Origin: Mytilus trossulus | Lineage: Eukaryota | Direction of reading: 5' to 3' | Assembly: GCF_036588685.1 (NCBI RefSeq) | Contig: NC_086383.1 | Location: forward strand, 50,158,001 to 50,222,000 | DNA: 64,000 nt | Shown here: positions 25,514 through 38,859 of the stretch, piece by piece | Numbering within the stretch: the first letter of the stretch is position 1 | How the letters are laid out: the number at the start of each line of letters is the position of its first letter | Notes under the pieces: model-generated | The model's database searches: none | Seen by the model: only the letters and a program-made list of their open reading frames with translations | What the model was told of the DNA's origin: nothing | Program-made: the position numbers and the translations under genes

Positions 25514-28288
25514 TTATTTGTTGTTTTCTAATATTGGCCGATGCTCACGGAAGGGCAATGAAGCAACCCAACAACCATCTGATTTTTTAACAAAACCTGA
25601 ATTCATGATCTTCAAAAATGTATCGTCTTCGATTGATGCACGAATTTTTTCATCTTTGTCAATTGTACGGAAAATGTTTGTACCTACTTGTAATTCACTT
25701 TGGCAAGGTTTAAGAAAAGTAGCTCGGCCATTACTCAAAATGGTAGTTTTGTTCACATTAACGAAATCTAGAATGCCAGGTTGATGAGTTTTTCCGAGAC
25801 ACACTTCACCAATTATAGCCCAACATAAAGGCAGCTTCTGTGCATATGGAAGGTTACCTTTGCCAAGACGCTGATCGAGTACATGGTGTACTGATATCAA
25901 ATCTGTTCCTATCAAAAGATCAATCTGTGTATGCTCATCGATTTCATGAATGTAAGGAGCAATGTCTACAAGATGAGGATATTGAATAGCCACATTAGGG
26001 GACGCTATTTCCTGTCTATTGTTCGGAATGTCATTACATTCTATGATAGTTGGTAAGTCAAATGCGCATGACCCATCTAAAGCTTCTATCACGTAGTCCC
26101 TAGCTAAACGTCCAGATGTTGTAAATTTTCCAGCACAAGACGACAAAACATATTCAGTTTCTGGTCCATTATCAGAAAACAAATAAAAGAAGTTGGAAGT
26201 GGCCAATGACTTGTTACTTTGATCATCTATTAAAGAATACATCATGTGTGATTGTTCAGGTTGTCCTTTAGGATACACTTTTACTAACATAAGTTTTGTA
26301 CATGACTTACTGGTGCCAGATACTTGACCACATATTTGTGTACATGCTGTTTTAACTTCTCCTGATTCATTCTCCTCCTCGTGAGATTCTGGGGGTTCGT
26401 TCTTTCTAATATTTCCTATAACGGTATGTAAAGCAGAAGGGTGTTCCCGACTTTGACAGACTGAACATTTCAAGAACTCTTTGCAGTCTCTTCTAAGATG
26501 GCGCTTAGGCCCAAAACAGCGAAAACAAATTCCATTCTTTTTTAAGAACTCCCTTCGTTCTGAAATTGGTTTCATGCGAAATCCTCTACATTCATTCAGT
26601 AGGTGACTAGTTCCATGCACAGGACATACCGAGTCTGAACTTTTTACTTTATCAGTGAACGGTTTCAACAATGAGGTTTCAGTACGTGCACAAGATAACT
26701 GTTTTCTTGTATTTTCATATCGATTGTTTGTTGTATTTGTAGTATTCTGTACTTTGGCTTCTCGACAATCCTCAAAGAAAAAACTGGGGTCATTTTTCAT
26801 TTTTGCAATCCTTTGCAAAAACTGGGTAAATACTGTAAATGGTGGATATACCATGTGGTTTTGACTCTTATATCTGGTGGCCTCTGTTGTCCATTTTTCT
26901 TGGATAATATATGGCAATTTTGCTATTATAATGTTTACACCAGCCGATGAGTCATAAACACTAAAAATACTTCTATACATGTCATTCTCTTTAACTGCTT
27001 CTATTTCTGAAATTATATCAAAAAGCTCAAATAAACGTTTGTTGTCTTTATTGCCGATTTTGGCAAAGTTATTAAGTTTCTTACGTAAAGCACTTTCTAC
27101 AATTTCTGGACTTCCAAATCTGTCTTGAAGTCTAGCCCAAATTCTGGCTACACCTTGAGATGCGTTTCCTGCATTAGCTGCTCGAATGCTCAATGCTTGT
27201 TTGCAACTTTCGGGTCCCAACCATTTTACCAATAAGTCTATTTCTTCAGACGGAGTAACATTTAATTCACGCATTACAGTTGTAAAACTTGCTTTCCAAG
27301 CTAAGAAATATCCAGGTGTGTCATCATATTTACAGAGCCGTTTTGATAACAAGTCCTTTTTAACAATGAATTGTATAAACTCTCTACAGGTGTCTGTCTG
27401 AGTAAACGTGGCAGTAGGCATTTGATTTACTACTGCTGGTATGAATGTAGGTGCCTCAACATTTAAATTTTGAGTTTTAGGCGTATGTGCATTTTGATCG
27501 GTTTGTTTTAGTATGAATTCTGCAGTACGTCTTTGGACGTCTTCTTTATTTGGTTCTGAAATAGCACAATCTTCATCAAAATTTTCATTTAAGACTCTGA
27601 GTTCACATTCCGCTTCCTCTATATCGCGTTTCACACTTAGAAGTTTCATGTCTGCTTGTATGACTGTTTGTTTACGCATAAGTTCAACTTCTTCTTGTGC
27701 AAATTTCGCTCTGGTTTTTGCGACTTCAACTTTGGCTCTCTGTCGAGATAGATGAGAACTTGCTCTTGAACAATTAGATTTTCTATCGACACCAGTATTT
27801 GACGGTTCTCTAAATGCGTCTGGTGGTTGAATGATTTCTGTTAATTGTTCAGTTTTAATTTTATTTAGTTCTTCCATATCAAAGGTTTGCAACATTGCTT
27901 CCAGTTTATCTATTGCTTTAGAGACTTGCTGTTGTAACGAACTAGCAATCAAATTATGTGAAGATCTTTCACGAGAACTTTCATCACACCGTTGAGAAAC
28001 CAAATAGTCGTCATATTTGCGAGAAATTTCTTCATATTCCTTAAAACGTTTCATTAGTTCTTGTTTATAAGTACAAGCTAATGGTTTAGTCATATGGGTG
28101 TGCTCATGTATATCTCCAAAAATCATGTCTATATATCTGTGTTGAATTCGTAGTTTTGAAGTAAACTGTCTTACATTCTCCTCGAACATCAATTGTCCTT
28201 CTGGAGTAAGTCTCCTTGCCTCACGAAAAGTTCTTTCTGAATCCCTGGTTATTCTTCCCGATACCAAGGTTTTTGACTGTAATGTCAA
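25514..28288 (-). CDS. BEL gag-protease ORF (true start probably an internal ATG)
   Basis: Coiled-coil N-terminus, BEL-type Cys/His knuckles (CPVH..HLLNEC; CFRC..H..C; CSVC..HPSALH) and aspartic-protease-like LIDDQS...DLLIG. Confidence 0.85.
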   Translation of the reverse strand: MTLQSKTLVSGRITRDSERTFREARRLTPEGQLMFEENVRQFTSKLRIQHRYIDMIFGDIHEHTHMTKPLACTYKQELMKRFKEYEEISRKYDDYLVSQRCDESSRERSSHNLIASSLQQQVSKAIDKLEAMLQTFDMEELNKIKTEQLTEIIQPPDAFREPSNTGVDRKSNCSRASSHLSRQRAKVEVAKTRAKFAQEEVELMRKQTVIQADMKLLSVKRDIEEAECELRVLNENFDEDCAISEPNKEDVQRRTAEFILKQTDQNAHTPKTQNLNVEAPTFIPAVVNQMPTATFTQTDTCREFIQFIVKKDLLSKRLCKYDDTPGYFLAWKASFTTVMRELNVTPSEEIDLLVKWLGPESCKQALSIRAANAGNASQGVARIWARLQDRFGSPEIVESALRKKLNNFAKIGNKDNKRLFELFDIISEIEAVKENDMYRSIFSVYDSSAGVNIIIAKLPYIIQEKWTTEATRYKSQNHMVYPPFTVFTQFLQRIAKMKNDPSFFFEDCREAKVQNTTNTTNNRYENTRKQLSCARTETSLLKPFTDKVKSSDSVCPVHGTSHLLNECRGFRMKPISERREFLKKNGICFRCFGPKRHLRRDCKEFLKCSVCQSREHPSALHTVIGNIRKNEPPESHEEENESGEVKTACTQICGQVSGTSKSCTKLMLVKVYPKGQPEQSHMMYSLIDDQSNKSLATSNFFYLFSDNGPETEYVLSSCAGKFTTSGRLARDYVIEALDGSCAFDLPTIIECNDIPNNRQEIASPNVAIQYPHLVDIAPYIHEIDEHTQIDLLIGTDLISVHHVLDQRLGKGNLPYAQKLPLCWAIIGEVCLGKTHQPGILDFVNVNKTTILSNGRATFLKPCQSELQVGTNIFRTIDKDEKIRASIEDDTFLKIMNSGFVKKSDGCWVASLPFREHRPILENNK

Positions 28289-29890
28289 AGATACGCTGAA
28301 CCTGAGTTGTTATTATCTTTTATTGCAGACCTCCAGAGAGGGTAAAAAACTGAAAATATACAAAAATGAATCTAATAATCACAATGTTCACAATCGACAA
28401 TTTTCACAAAATAATAGTACAAATAGTATTAATGTTCCGGACCATATGAGTATTTGGACCATACGCATATGGTCATGACCATATGCGTATACTCATATAG
28501 TCCGACCATACGCGTATGGTCCGACTGTACGCGTATGGTCGGACCATATGAGTATTATACTCGTTTGGTTATTAACGGGCCGGACCATATGAGTATTTGG
28601 ACCATATAGGTATTTTTTTCAAATATACAATAGAAATATTACAATAAAGTCTATCTTAAAAACAAATGTGTTTACAAAATAATGTATTTACTTTACATTT
28701 CAAAAGCTACATAAACATTAAATATTAATGTGCCACAGTCAGTTGATCTTAGTTTTCATCGCTAATTGTATTCGTGTATGCCTTTTTATACTTAGAATGG
28801 CATTCACACGGTACCATACATAAAACTTTTCTGCGATTGCTTGTTTTGGCTGCGTTCAGTGATATCGACTCGGACAATTCCGATGTGTCTACGGTGTTTT
28901 CAAGAAACCGTTTCTAGATCTCTAATATCGTAAAATGAATATATCACAGATCAAATTAAATAAAGGCAGTAGCTATTTCATGGCTCTTAAATACTATTTT
29001 ACTGGTCTTATAATCAAGATTGAAATAGAAGTATAGAAATGAAGAATAGAAGAAAATAAAGAAACATACACTTTTAATATTTTACTTATCAAAAATTTCT
29101 TAAAAACTATTATGATCCTTGCCGGTGAAGTCACCTATTTTACACAATAAAATTCCTTTTACAATATGTTCATTTGATTTTGACATCTTCTTATAATTGT
29201 ACTTACCAATAGTAAGTAATATTAACTGTGTGAAACTGGGTTTTTTTTATAAGTTTTTTTTAATATATAATAAATTAGTGACGTAACAACCAGAATGAAG
29301 AGTTTAAAAGTATACGTGTTGATTACCCCGACCATACGCGTATGGTCGGACCATATGAGTATATACCCATATGGTCCAGATACTCATATGGTCTGGAACA
29401 TTAACAATGTTCTCCATACATTGAAAAATATGTCTAGTTTATGAAACAACAAAAAATGGTCCAAAAATGCCATAAAATTACATTTTGAATAACAAATTAT
29501 AACACGAAAAGTGTACCATACACATACTTGTTTTAGGAAAAATCGTATGCCAAAATATATGGCTCTAATGGCGTTCCATACAAAAAATATTTTGACATTT
29601 AACATGTAAAATACAAAATAAGTGTGACGTGAGATATGACTTCTGAGAATCGTTTGAAATCACAATTTAAATCAAAAGGACTGAACTTAGACTTTAAATA
29701 CGTAAACTGGACATGCAAATGAAATAAAGGTTATAAACTACAGTTTAACAGAAAACTCACCCTGTGGAGGGTTGAATACCATAAAAAAAAGTTTGTTTGG
29801 CTTTGCCGCTGTTGCCGATTGGCAGACATCATTTTAAAAATCAACATAATGACGGAACAGATCCGTAAATTTCCGGAGTGTGACAATACA
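28278..29890 (-). repeat. 5' LTR of BEL element, interrupted by a MITE
   Basis: Direct repeat of 21624-22371. Confidence 0.93.
28433..29400. mobile_element. 968-bp MITE inserted in the BEL 5' LTR
   Basis: 20-bp TIR tgttcc(g/a)gaccatatgagta. The empty site gtattaacaatg is visible in the 3' LTR, so the TSD is TTAA (or TA with 1-bp longer termini). Subterminal arrays of ggaccatacgcgtatggtcc palindromes. Confidence 0.93.
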
Positions 29891-30629
29891 CCTCTCCTCA
29901 CAATGATATATATTTAACGATATAGTATTGTAAAGTTCATCAAGCTGCATTTTTCTAAATATTTCAAAAGAAAATAGTTTTATCTTTTAAATATACCAGT
30001 AAACTTTTAAAAAAATATTCTTAACAAAAACACATTAGTATCTCTTCCTGAGATTATTTTCAAACATAATTTTAAAGGTCGAAAAAGAAAATATAAAGTA
30101 AGTACTGCCATAGTGTACCTATTATTAATATGAAGCCTTGCAAAGCTATATATATACTAGTTCAGTGATAATGAACGCCATACTAATTTCCAAATTGTAC
30201 ACAAGAAACTAAAATTAAAATAATACAAGACTTTAAACAAAGGCCAGAGGCTCCTGAATTGGAACAGGCACAAAAATGCGGCAGGGTTAAACATGTTTGT
30301 GAGATCTTAACCCCCTTAATACCTCTAGCCAATGTAGAAAGGTAAACGAATAACAATACGCACATCAAAATTCAGTTCAAGAGAAGTCCGAGTCTGATGT
30401 CAGAAGATGTAATCGAAGATAATAAACAAAATGACAATAATATATAAATAACAACGGACCACTAGCAGTTAACTGACATGCCAGCTGCAGACTTCAATAA
30501 AACTGACTGAAAGATTATGATTTCATCATATGAACATCAGGCACAATCCTTCCCGTTAGGGGTTTAGTATCATAACCATCATAACATATATGAGAGGAAC
30601 ATAACCCGTGTCATGACAAAAACAAATTC

Positions 30630-31200
30630 CTTGGCTAGTTCTTTTAGTTTGCGTTTGATACGTAATAGTAAAATGTTCTTTAAAATGTTGAATACGTATA
30701 TCAACTATCTTCATTACTGAATTAAAAATTAAAAAAAGAGTCCAAAGATTTTTTAGTCAGCTTTTTCCCGTTTTATCCATTTCATACAGTAAGTATGGAG
30801 TAAGTCGTGGAAGATATTACGAAACTCATTCCAATTAATAATTGACGGGGGATGATATTTAGGTCCTTTACTGGGGAATGATTTTAACTCTCGGTCTTGA
30901 ACGATGTTAAGATCTCCTGTTATAACATAGGAAATGGGTTCATAAATATATTCGGAATTACTGCAATATCATGAAGTAGGTGTATTTTCACTGATATTAA
31001 CATCTTTACACAATTGACTATAATTAAACACAAATTTCCGGGTAGATTTCTTGTAAATATAACAAATAAGAGGTAGCTTTAACATAATGGTCGTTTAACA
31101 TACCGACAATATTTACAAAATCAAAGCCTTTATTGACATACTTTTTTTTTTTAAATGTTTTTATGATCTTCAGGGCGATCCATTTTGGGAAATAATTTAG
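30630..31200 (-). mobile_element. Decayed Penelope-like element ORF fragment
   Basis: Minus-strand translation KGFDFVNI...VITGDLNIVQDRELKSFPSKGPKYHPPSIINW resembles the region preceding RT in Penelope-like elements. Stops are present. Confidence 0.55.
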
Positions 31201-32049
31201 AATAACATTATGCCATAATACTTATTAACCTGTAGTGAACAGAGTTTTGTTAACAGCTAATGTCTGTAGTTGTTTTTTGAAATAGAAATTAGGTCCGAAA
31301 TATTGGTATGATTGGCCCGAAATTTTCTTTGATTGCGATTTGTTCTACGACCGTGAGATCGTTTTGACGAACAGTTTTAGAAACTATATCCAAAATTTTA
31401 ACGGAATTGGTTCTAGATATATTACCAATTCCCATGATATTATCATTAAGAGAGGTAGGCTGTCTGAAATTTTTTATCCAATTTAATTCAATTATTTTCC
31501 GTGATCGTACAAACTTTGAATCAGATTCACCAGGCTGCTTATTTACTACTTGCTTAATACTTAAAAGGATGGTTGTGCTTATTAAGGTGTTTTTAAATGA
31601 TACTTTTGAATTTATTGGGTCTTTTAAAACGATACAGATGTTCTAGAGTGCGTTTATATGAATATAGTCCAGTTTCTCCTACGTACTGAATACCACACTC
31701 CGGTTTGTTTCATGTGAGAAAATAAATAATACTGTTTGTTTTTCAAGTTGTATCAGTTTCAAAATTTAAAGAAAATATGCAACCATTAAACGTGGACCTT
31801 ACCGTATTGTTGGTGGAAAGACGGGGACATGTAAGTCATTTGTTGGTATGACACTTATCGATAGATGGGTAACCACGATTTTTATTGTTAAAAATGTTAG
31901 CGATGGTAGTATTTTTAGATAACCGATTTTGAAGATTGAGACGTGTAGATACCCTTTGAACAAGTTTAGTATTTCATATGTTTTCGTTTCTAATCTTCAT
32001 AATTGTTTTTGTTAGTGAATTATATAATAAAGGAGCAAAGATTGGCGTC

Positions 32050-33360
32050 CAGAATATGAACCAGCATACAATGATTTAAGTTATGTAAAATTGAGGTGCC
32101 TGAATGTCAAACTGCTTTTGATCTTTACCAATCATTTGATCAATGCCCGTAGGTCACTCTGTTGTTAACCATGTCATTAAATAGATGCACGTAGGGTACC
32201 TTGTTATTTACCAAATAAGTGCCTGCAGGTCACAATGTTATAATCAATTTCACTAACAAGGTGACTGCAATTGTTATTACCATATATTATCATAATTATT
32301 TAAAGCGACTGTAGGTCACCCTGTTATTGATCTGTTCCACATAATATCCTAGGTGTCTGTACGTCACACTGGTTTTTTTTTATCTTTACCGTATCATTTC
32401 AATGGTACCTGAATGTCACCCTGTTGTTTACTATATCATATGTAGATGCCCGTAGGTCACCTTATTATTTTCCTCATCATAATATAGGTGCCTGTAGGTC
32501 ACCGTATTAGTCTTTATATCCTATCGTAGGTGCCTGTAGGTCACCATGGTATTTATTCATATTATGTCATAGGTGCCTGTATGTAATCCGTTATTTTACA
32601 GATTCTATCATAGGTACCTGTAGGTCATCATAATGTTTTCCATATCATATTTATTATAAGTGTCTGTAGGTTGCACTTTGTAAATACAGTTGTTTCTCAA
32701 AACACGCCTCTTTTGGGGAGAAATTGAATATTCATTAAAAATTAATTTTGTTTACATACTGGTTCCCAGTTATGCTCTCTGTGTTCCATATCGAAGAGAC
32801 AGAACTTGGGAATGTTACCAGTACATAAACACGTGCACATTGTTTACATTGAAATCAGTGGTAAACTTTCATTTGAGGTAGGGGTAGTTAAGAAAATTAG
32901 TTTAAGTTTAAACTCTGAGAACTTCAGGGCATATAAACGTTGAAAATGTGCCGCACAGCTCTATATTTTGACCTTTGAAAAAAATTGTGGTGCATATGAA
33001 CTTTCAATTCTAGGATAAGATTTTTTTTCAAAACTTCTTAGTAAAAGTGGTACAGTTTTAGTCGTTAAAGGAGTTCCTATGGGAAATTGCATTGTCAATA
33101 TTTGCAGAAATGCAACCTGTAGGTCCCCTTGTTATTTTACATACCGGTAATATATTATAGGTGCCTGAAGGTCATCCCGTTATCTTACATATACTTTCAT
33201 GGGTGCCTGTAAGTCACCATGGTATTGATCCATATCATAAAATAGGTGTCTGTAGGTCACCCTAATATTTTCTTATCTTATCATAGGTGCCTGGAAGTCA
33301 CGATGGTATTGATCCATATCGTATTAAAGGTTTCAACTTTCATGCATTTATGATACAGAT
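32050..33360 (-). repeat. Degenerate ~46-48-bp satellite array, inverted orientation (ggtgcctgtaggtcac)
   Basis: More than 15 recurrences of the core motif. Confidence 0.85.
32669..33117. mobile_element. 449-bp MITE inserted in the satellite
   Basis: TIR ggttgcactttgtaaata / tatttgcagaaatgcaacc, flanked by TGTA on both sides. Confidence 0.75.
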
Positions 33361-34479
33361 CTATATGATGATTGGATTTGCAGGTACCTATTTTTCAGCA
33401 CAAGATACGCATTTCGACTGCAAATGTCTCTTCATTAATGCTCGAGGCCAAAATACTTGAAAATCTAAAGCTTATTAAAAAGATGAAGAGCTATAATTCA
33501 AAAAGACCCGGTATAAAAGGTATAGCCAAAGCCGGGCAAGGTATCAGAGCTTTGCATGAGGGAAATACTTACCTTAATTTAACATAATTTCTAACATTAT
33601 GTAACAGCAGAAAAGAAAAAAATCCGTATTTTCATGTTAGTACCGATGTACTGGCTACTGGGCAGATAATACCCTCGGAGACTCACAGTCCACCTACAGA
33701 GGCATGGACCCAATGGTAGTAATGACATTAACGGTACCAATTATTTTCTGACCTGTAGGCTACATTACATAAAGATTAATAAATTACCTTTTCCATATCG
33801 GACCAGGTATCATCCCGAGACGTAGTCGATATGGGTCGAGGGATGATACCCTGGCAGATATGGAAAAGGCCATGTATTAATATCTTTATCATATACTTCC
33901 GACAACTGTTTTATACATGGCAAACTCACAAATTAAATAACTAAAACAGTCAAAAAACTTTATAAAAAAGTAAAACTATGAATCCAACAAATACCCTATA
34001 ATTGCCCAAATATAAAATCACTACCTCCATATTTATTTATGTTACTATTTTCTATAGAGGCATTTTAAAACATTGAAAATTGGAAGAGTTTTATGATATT
34101 ATTACTCCATGTTTGTTGTAATATAAAATGATTCATAATTGTCGATGGCATTTGTTAGCAAATACTAAACTATCCCCATAAAGTTCCCGTAAATGTTGAC
34201 GTCGTCATAAAAATTATCTGACGTCACAATGGACTAAAAAATAAACATCCGATACCGGAAATACCGGAAATAAATTGCATGAGAGGCACTATTATGAGTT
34301 TTGTGCACGAGATGCCCGTGATATGGGTTATCAGCCCGGGTGGGAAATGATGGCTTGTGTACTTCCGCTCATTACACATAAGCTAAAGCTGTCATAACAA
34401 TGCTAAGTACATGATAAATACATATATCAGTGTGACTTGCAGGCTCCTATGACGGGCTCTGGTAAAAATCTATAAGGAT

Positions 34480-35390
34480 TAGTGTTGTCAACGGTTAACC
34501 GTTCGAACGACCGAATACCGAATACCAAAAACGCTAACCGGTTAACCGGACTTTTTTCCAATTTTGATAGTTTTGATATAAATTTGCATGGAAATCATTA
34601 AATACTAGTAGTTATGTTTTAAAAATTGTCGTCGTGGTTATTAATTTGACAGATCAATTGTCCAGTATATTGATTACTATTGTTGATCCTAAATACATAA
34701 AATTAATTAGAGCTAGGGGCAGGACCTTAAAGAAACATGATTGGTAAACATGTTTTTTTAACAATAACTTTAAATTAGAGATGCGATTAAATTTTACTGA
34801 TTAGTTCATTATCTCGTTTTTGATCTAATATTGTGTAAACCAACATCTAAATGGGTAACCTCCGTAGTGCAAGATTTAGTCTTTCTTTAAACGAAATGCT
34901 ACCTTAAAAATTGTGAAATGCAAACTAATGTGAATGTGCTCAAGGTTTACGTGATAGTACGAGTAACATGCTAAAAGAAACAAGCAAACAAAGTAAAGAA
35001 ACAGGTCGTATGTTGAGCTATAGTTTCAGACAAATTCAATTCTACGAGATCAAGACGTTTTTTTTTATATATTTTTCCATCTGAAGTTGGTACAAATGCT
35101 ATAGTTGATACGGTGTATTTGTTTATTAAAAACCAAACTTCACCAGGAATCCTCACAGACAAGCCTTTTAATGCCAAAGGACAAACTTCAATTCTTTAAT
35201 CGTAGTATTATGACTTGAATGAAAGGTCGTCAAATTGACACTCATACAACATCTTATTACTATGTGTACAAGTATGGTACTATTGATAAGGCTTTCAAAC
35301 GACAACTTAAAACTACAGGTTAACCGGTTAATCGGTCGAACGATTATCCGAGTAACCGGTTAGGCAAAATTGTACGATTTGACAACACTA
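34480..35390. mobile_element. 911-bp non-autonomous hAT element
   Basis: TIR tagtgttgtcaa / ttgacaacacta with a perfect 8-bp TSD ataaggat, and subterminal ggttaaccg repeats. Confidence 0.92.
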
Positions 35391-36054
35391 ATAAGGATAC
35401 GACAAGCATGCACCTATGATACAAGTCAATGGTGATGTAACGTGCAGGCTCATATGATGGGCTATGGTATAGATCTATACATATCAGTGTGACCTGCAGG
35501 CTCCTATGACGGGCTCTGGTAAAGATCTATAAGGATACGACCTGCATGCACCTATGATACAAGTCAATGGTGATGTGACGTGCAGGCTCATATGATGGTC
35601 TATGGTATAGATATATACATATCAGTATGACCTGCAGGTAACTATAAAAGGCTAATTTTACATATGAATAAAAGTGTGACCTGAAGGTCATGATCGTAAA
35701 GATAAATTTTGGTGTGACCTGCAGGCACTTATAATATGATATAGTACATAAAAACCGGTGTGAACTACAGGCACCTACATTATCATAAAACTGCAGGCTC
35801 AATAATAGGATGTCGTACTTAAAATAGCGGTGTGACCTACCGGCACCTATAACTGGATATGTTACATACAAAAAGCTGTGTGATGGAATCTGGTTAATAA
35901 AAAGGCGTGTGACCCACACGCACCTATGATAAGCTATGGTATAAATAGATAGCAGTGTGACCTGCAGGCTCCTACAAAAGGCTAATGTACAGACATATGG
36001 CGATGTGACCTGTAGGTACCTTATTTCTTAGCCTATGGTGCAGATCTATAGTTA

Positions 36055-37196
36055 TGTGGTAGAGTGTTTAGCATTAATATTTATTTTCTTTTAGAATAAT
36101 TAATATTAATTAGTAGTTTTATTATATGTTTATTAAGAGTTCATTAGTCATGTGTCATATTATCTTGTCTACTATTGGTCACAGTCATTGAGTTCATAGT
36201 TTTTGCCACTCTTTTTGATACACCTTGAGAGAAAGCTATACATGTAGCAGCCATATTCAAAATAGTTACTTATATAGTTTAATATTCTGGACACTTATTC
36301 CATTTTAATCAGGTCAGTTACTAATATGTCTAAGTCTTTAATATTTGCACAGTATTCCTTTAGTTTGAATCTGAGAGAAAATGTATTTTGAATAAGTCAG
36401 AATGATTGTGCATGAATGATAGATATTTTATTTTAAAGAAGTATTTCCATGAACTCAGATAAATAATATAGCATATATATATTAATGATACATGTATTGG
36501 TACAGTTATTGTATTATTATAAAAGGTCCAAAGTAATGTCTGCTGAACATTGTACTTATTGTTTATATAAATGCTATGCTGATATAGTTAGTTCTTTAGA
36601 CTTATGTAGGTTATATTTGTATTTTAACAGGACCAGAAAAGCTTCATATTATATTAATCTGGTGATGTTTCCAAACAGGAGATATACCTTTGTACCATAT
36701 ACATGGTAAGATCAGTGTTACGTGTATTTTTAGTTTACTGTATTGTCTGTGTTTGTCTGTTTAATTTTAGTTCAAAATATTTATTGTTTGTGTCTTGTGA
36801 ATAGTAGTTACCTGTATGTCAATTATTACATGTAAACATTATAGTAAGAAATTGTAGTTCATTCATAAATCTATGAATAAGTAGCGTAATATAATTGGAC
36901 ATATGTAGTAATTAATCCTGACATGGTTTATAATTGAGTTTGATTGAATTCATATATTAAGAATATATACACTTAAATAGTATTGGTTGTATTCTTACAG
37001 AAAAGAGCTAGTTTATCGTATTTTATACATGTACTTTCCGTTTTATGATTTAGAGTTATATCCCTTTGTACACTGTACTGTCTATGTATTTACGTTTTGT
37101 TATTTGTGTACTTTCAGGGTTGATTTATTTATGTCGTATGAATAAAGCATCTTAAACTTGACGAATCCTTTTATTCTGTCCAAGAACCCTATAACA
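36055..37196 (+). mobile_element. Solo LTR (Gypsy-like), 1142 bp
   Basis: TGT...ACA termini, 4-bp TSD gtta, AATAAA at 37141. It interrupts a satellite unit. Confidence 0.8.
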
Positions 37197-38859
37197 GTTA
37201 AGTGACCTACAGGCACCTATGATAAACCCATGATAGACAAAATTTTGTATGGCCTGCAGGCACCTATGAAAGACATTGGTGCAGATCTAGGAAGATATGA
37301 CATGTAGGCACCTATGATAGACTATGCAGATCTATGCTAATGTCAATTGCAGGCACCTAACATAAACTATAGAACAGATAAATATCAGTGTGACTTACAG
37401 CTGGCATCTATGATAGTGTATGGTACACATACAAAGTTGTATGACCTGAAGTCACCTATAGACTATGGTACAGATAAAACGCATTTGGACCTGCAGGTAC
37501 ATATGTTAGGATTTGGTGCAGATATATGGCGATGTGACCAGCAGGTACCTATAATAGGCTATGGTACAGGTAAATAGCAATGTGACCTACAGACACTCAT
37601 GATAGGCTATCATGGTGCAGATAAAAGTTGTATGAGCTACAGGCACCTTTAATAGGCTGTAGTGCAGATCTGTATTGAAGTGACCGACATGCACCTATGA
37701 TAGATTATGGTGCAGATCTATGGTGATGTGACATGCAGGCAATTATGATAGGCTAAGGTACAGATAGATATTAATGTGACCTGCAGGCCCCAAATATAGT
37801 TTTTGGTACAGATGAATAAGCAGTGTGACATGTAGGCTCTTGTGATAGGCTAAAATGCCGTTCTATGGTGATGTAACCTTCAGGCCACTTTGATGGGGTA
37901 TGGAACAGATAAAAAGCTGTGAGACCTGCATGTTCCTATGATAGGCTATGGTGCATATCATAAGTGAATTGACCTACAGGCACCTTTGATAACTGCCAAT
38001 ACTCTCAGATTTGTACTTAGTGTTGTTTTTGTTTTTTTATTCGCATAAACCCATCAATTTTCACCTTGTGTTTTTGTTAGATGTACAATTATTTCTATTT
38101 GTATCCCTCTCTGATGAGTTGTCCCATGTTAGGGGGAGGTTGGTGCCTTCAAACTATTTCTGAATGTGCCGGTCCCAATTCAGGAACCGTTAATTTAGTG
38201 GTTGGCATTGTTGCTGTGTTACTTATTTGTTTTTCGTTCATAATTTTGTACATAAATTAGTCCGTTAATTTTCTCGTATGAAATGTTTTATATTTGTCAT
38301 TTCAGGGCCTTTTATAGAGGACTATGTGGTATGGGTTTCTTCACTGTTAAAGACCGTAAGGGGACTTATAGGTGTTAATTTATGTGTCATTGGGTGTCAT
38401 TGGGTCTGTTGTGAAAAGTTGACTCAATGGCAATCATACCACATCTTCCTTTAATATACATTGTGCAAATCCGTTGTGATGAGCCCTGCAGGCACCTACC
38501 ATACAGGTATATCAATGAAAATGTGACCTGCAGGCACCTTCAATAGTATATGGTACAGATCTATGAAAATAATATAGGCTATGGTATATATAATTAGCAG
38601 TGTGACCTGCAGACTCAAATGATAGGCTATGTTACAGATCTTAAGTGATGTGATATGCAGGAACCTATGGTACAGATAAATTTTGGTGCGACTTGCAAGC
38701 ACATTTGATACGGATAAATGTTGGTGTGACCTGCAGCAACTATAGTATTGATTATGATTATACGCGTAAGTATATGCAGTACTATTTTTTTTTATAAGTG
38801 ATGACTGGCAGTAACCGTTCACATAAGCTTTTATTCTCGTGCCCCTTTACTAGTGTAGA

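Larger units (their letters stand above)
21624..29890 (-). mobile_element. BEL/Pao LTR retrotransposon, near full length, decayed
   Basis: TGT...ACA LTRs at 21624-22371 and 28278-29890. Flanks cctcc/cctct (5-bp TSD, 1 mismatch). PPT agagggggag at 22381-22372. Gag-PR-RT-RNaseH-INT ORF pieces. Confidence 0.95.
34420..38750 (+). repeat. ~46-48-bp satellite array (gtgacctgcaggcacctatgataggctatggtacagat), interrupted by insertions; duplicate portion at 51280-51550
   Basis: Dozens of degenerate units. Confidence 0.88.

Noticed and set aside
34420-38750. Regularly spaced motif array as CRISPR, or ORFs 35527-35919, 37347-37577 and 38496-38822 as genes
   Set aside because: Degenerate satellite in which the inter-motif sequence is also repeated. 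The ORFs are by-products.
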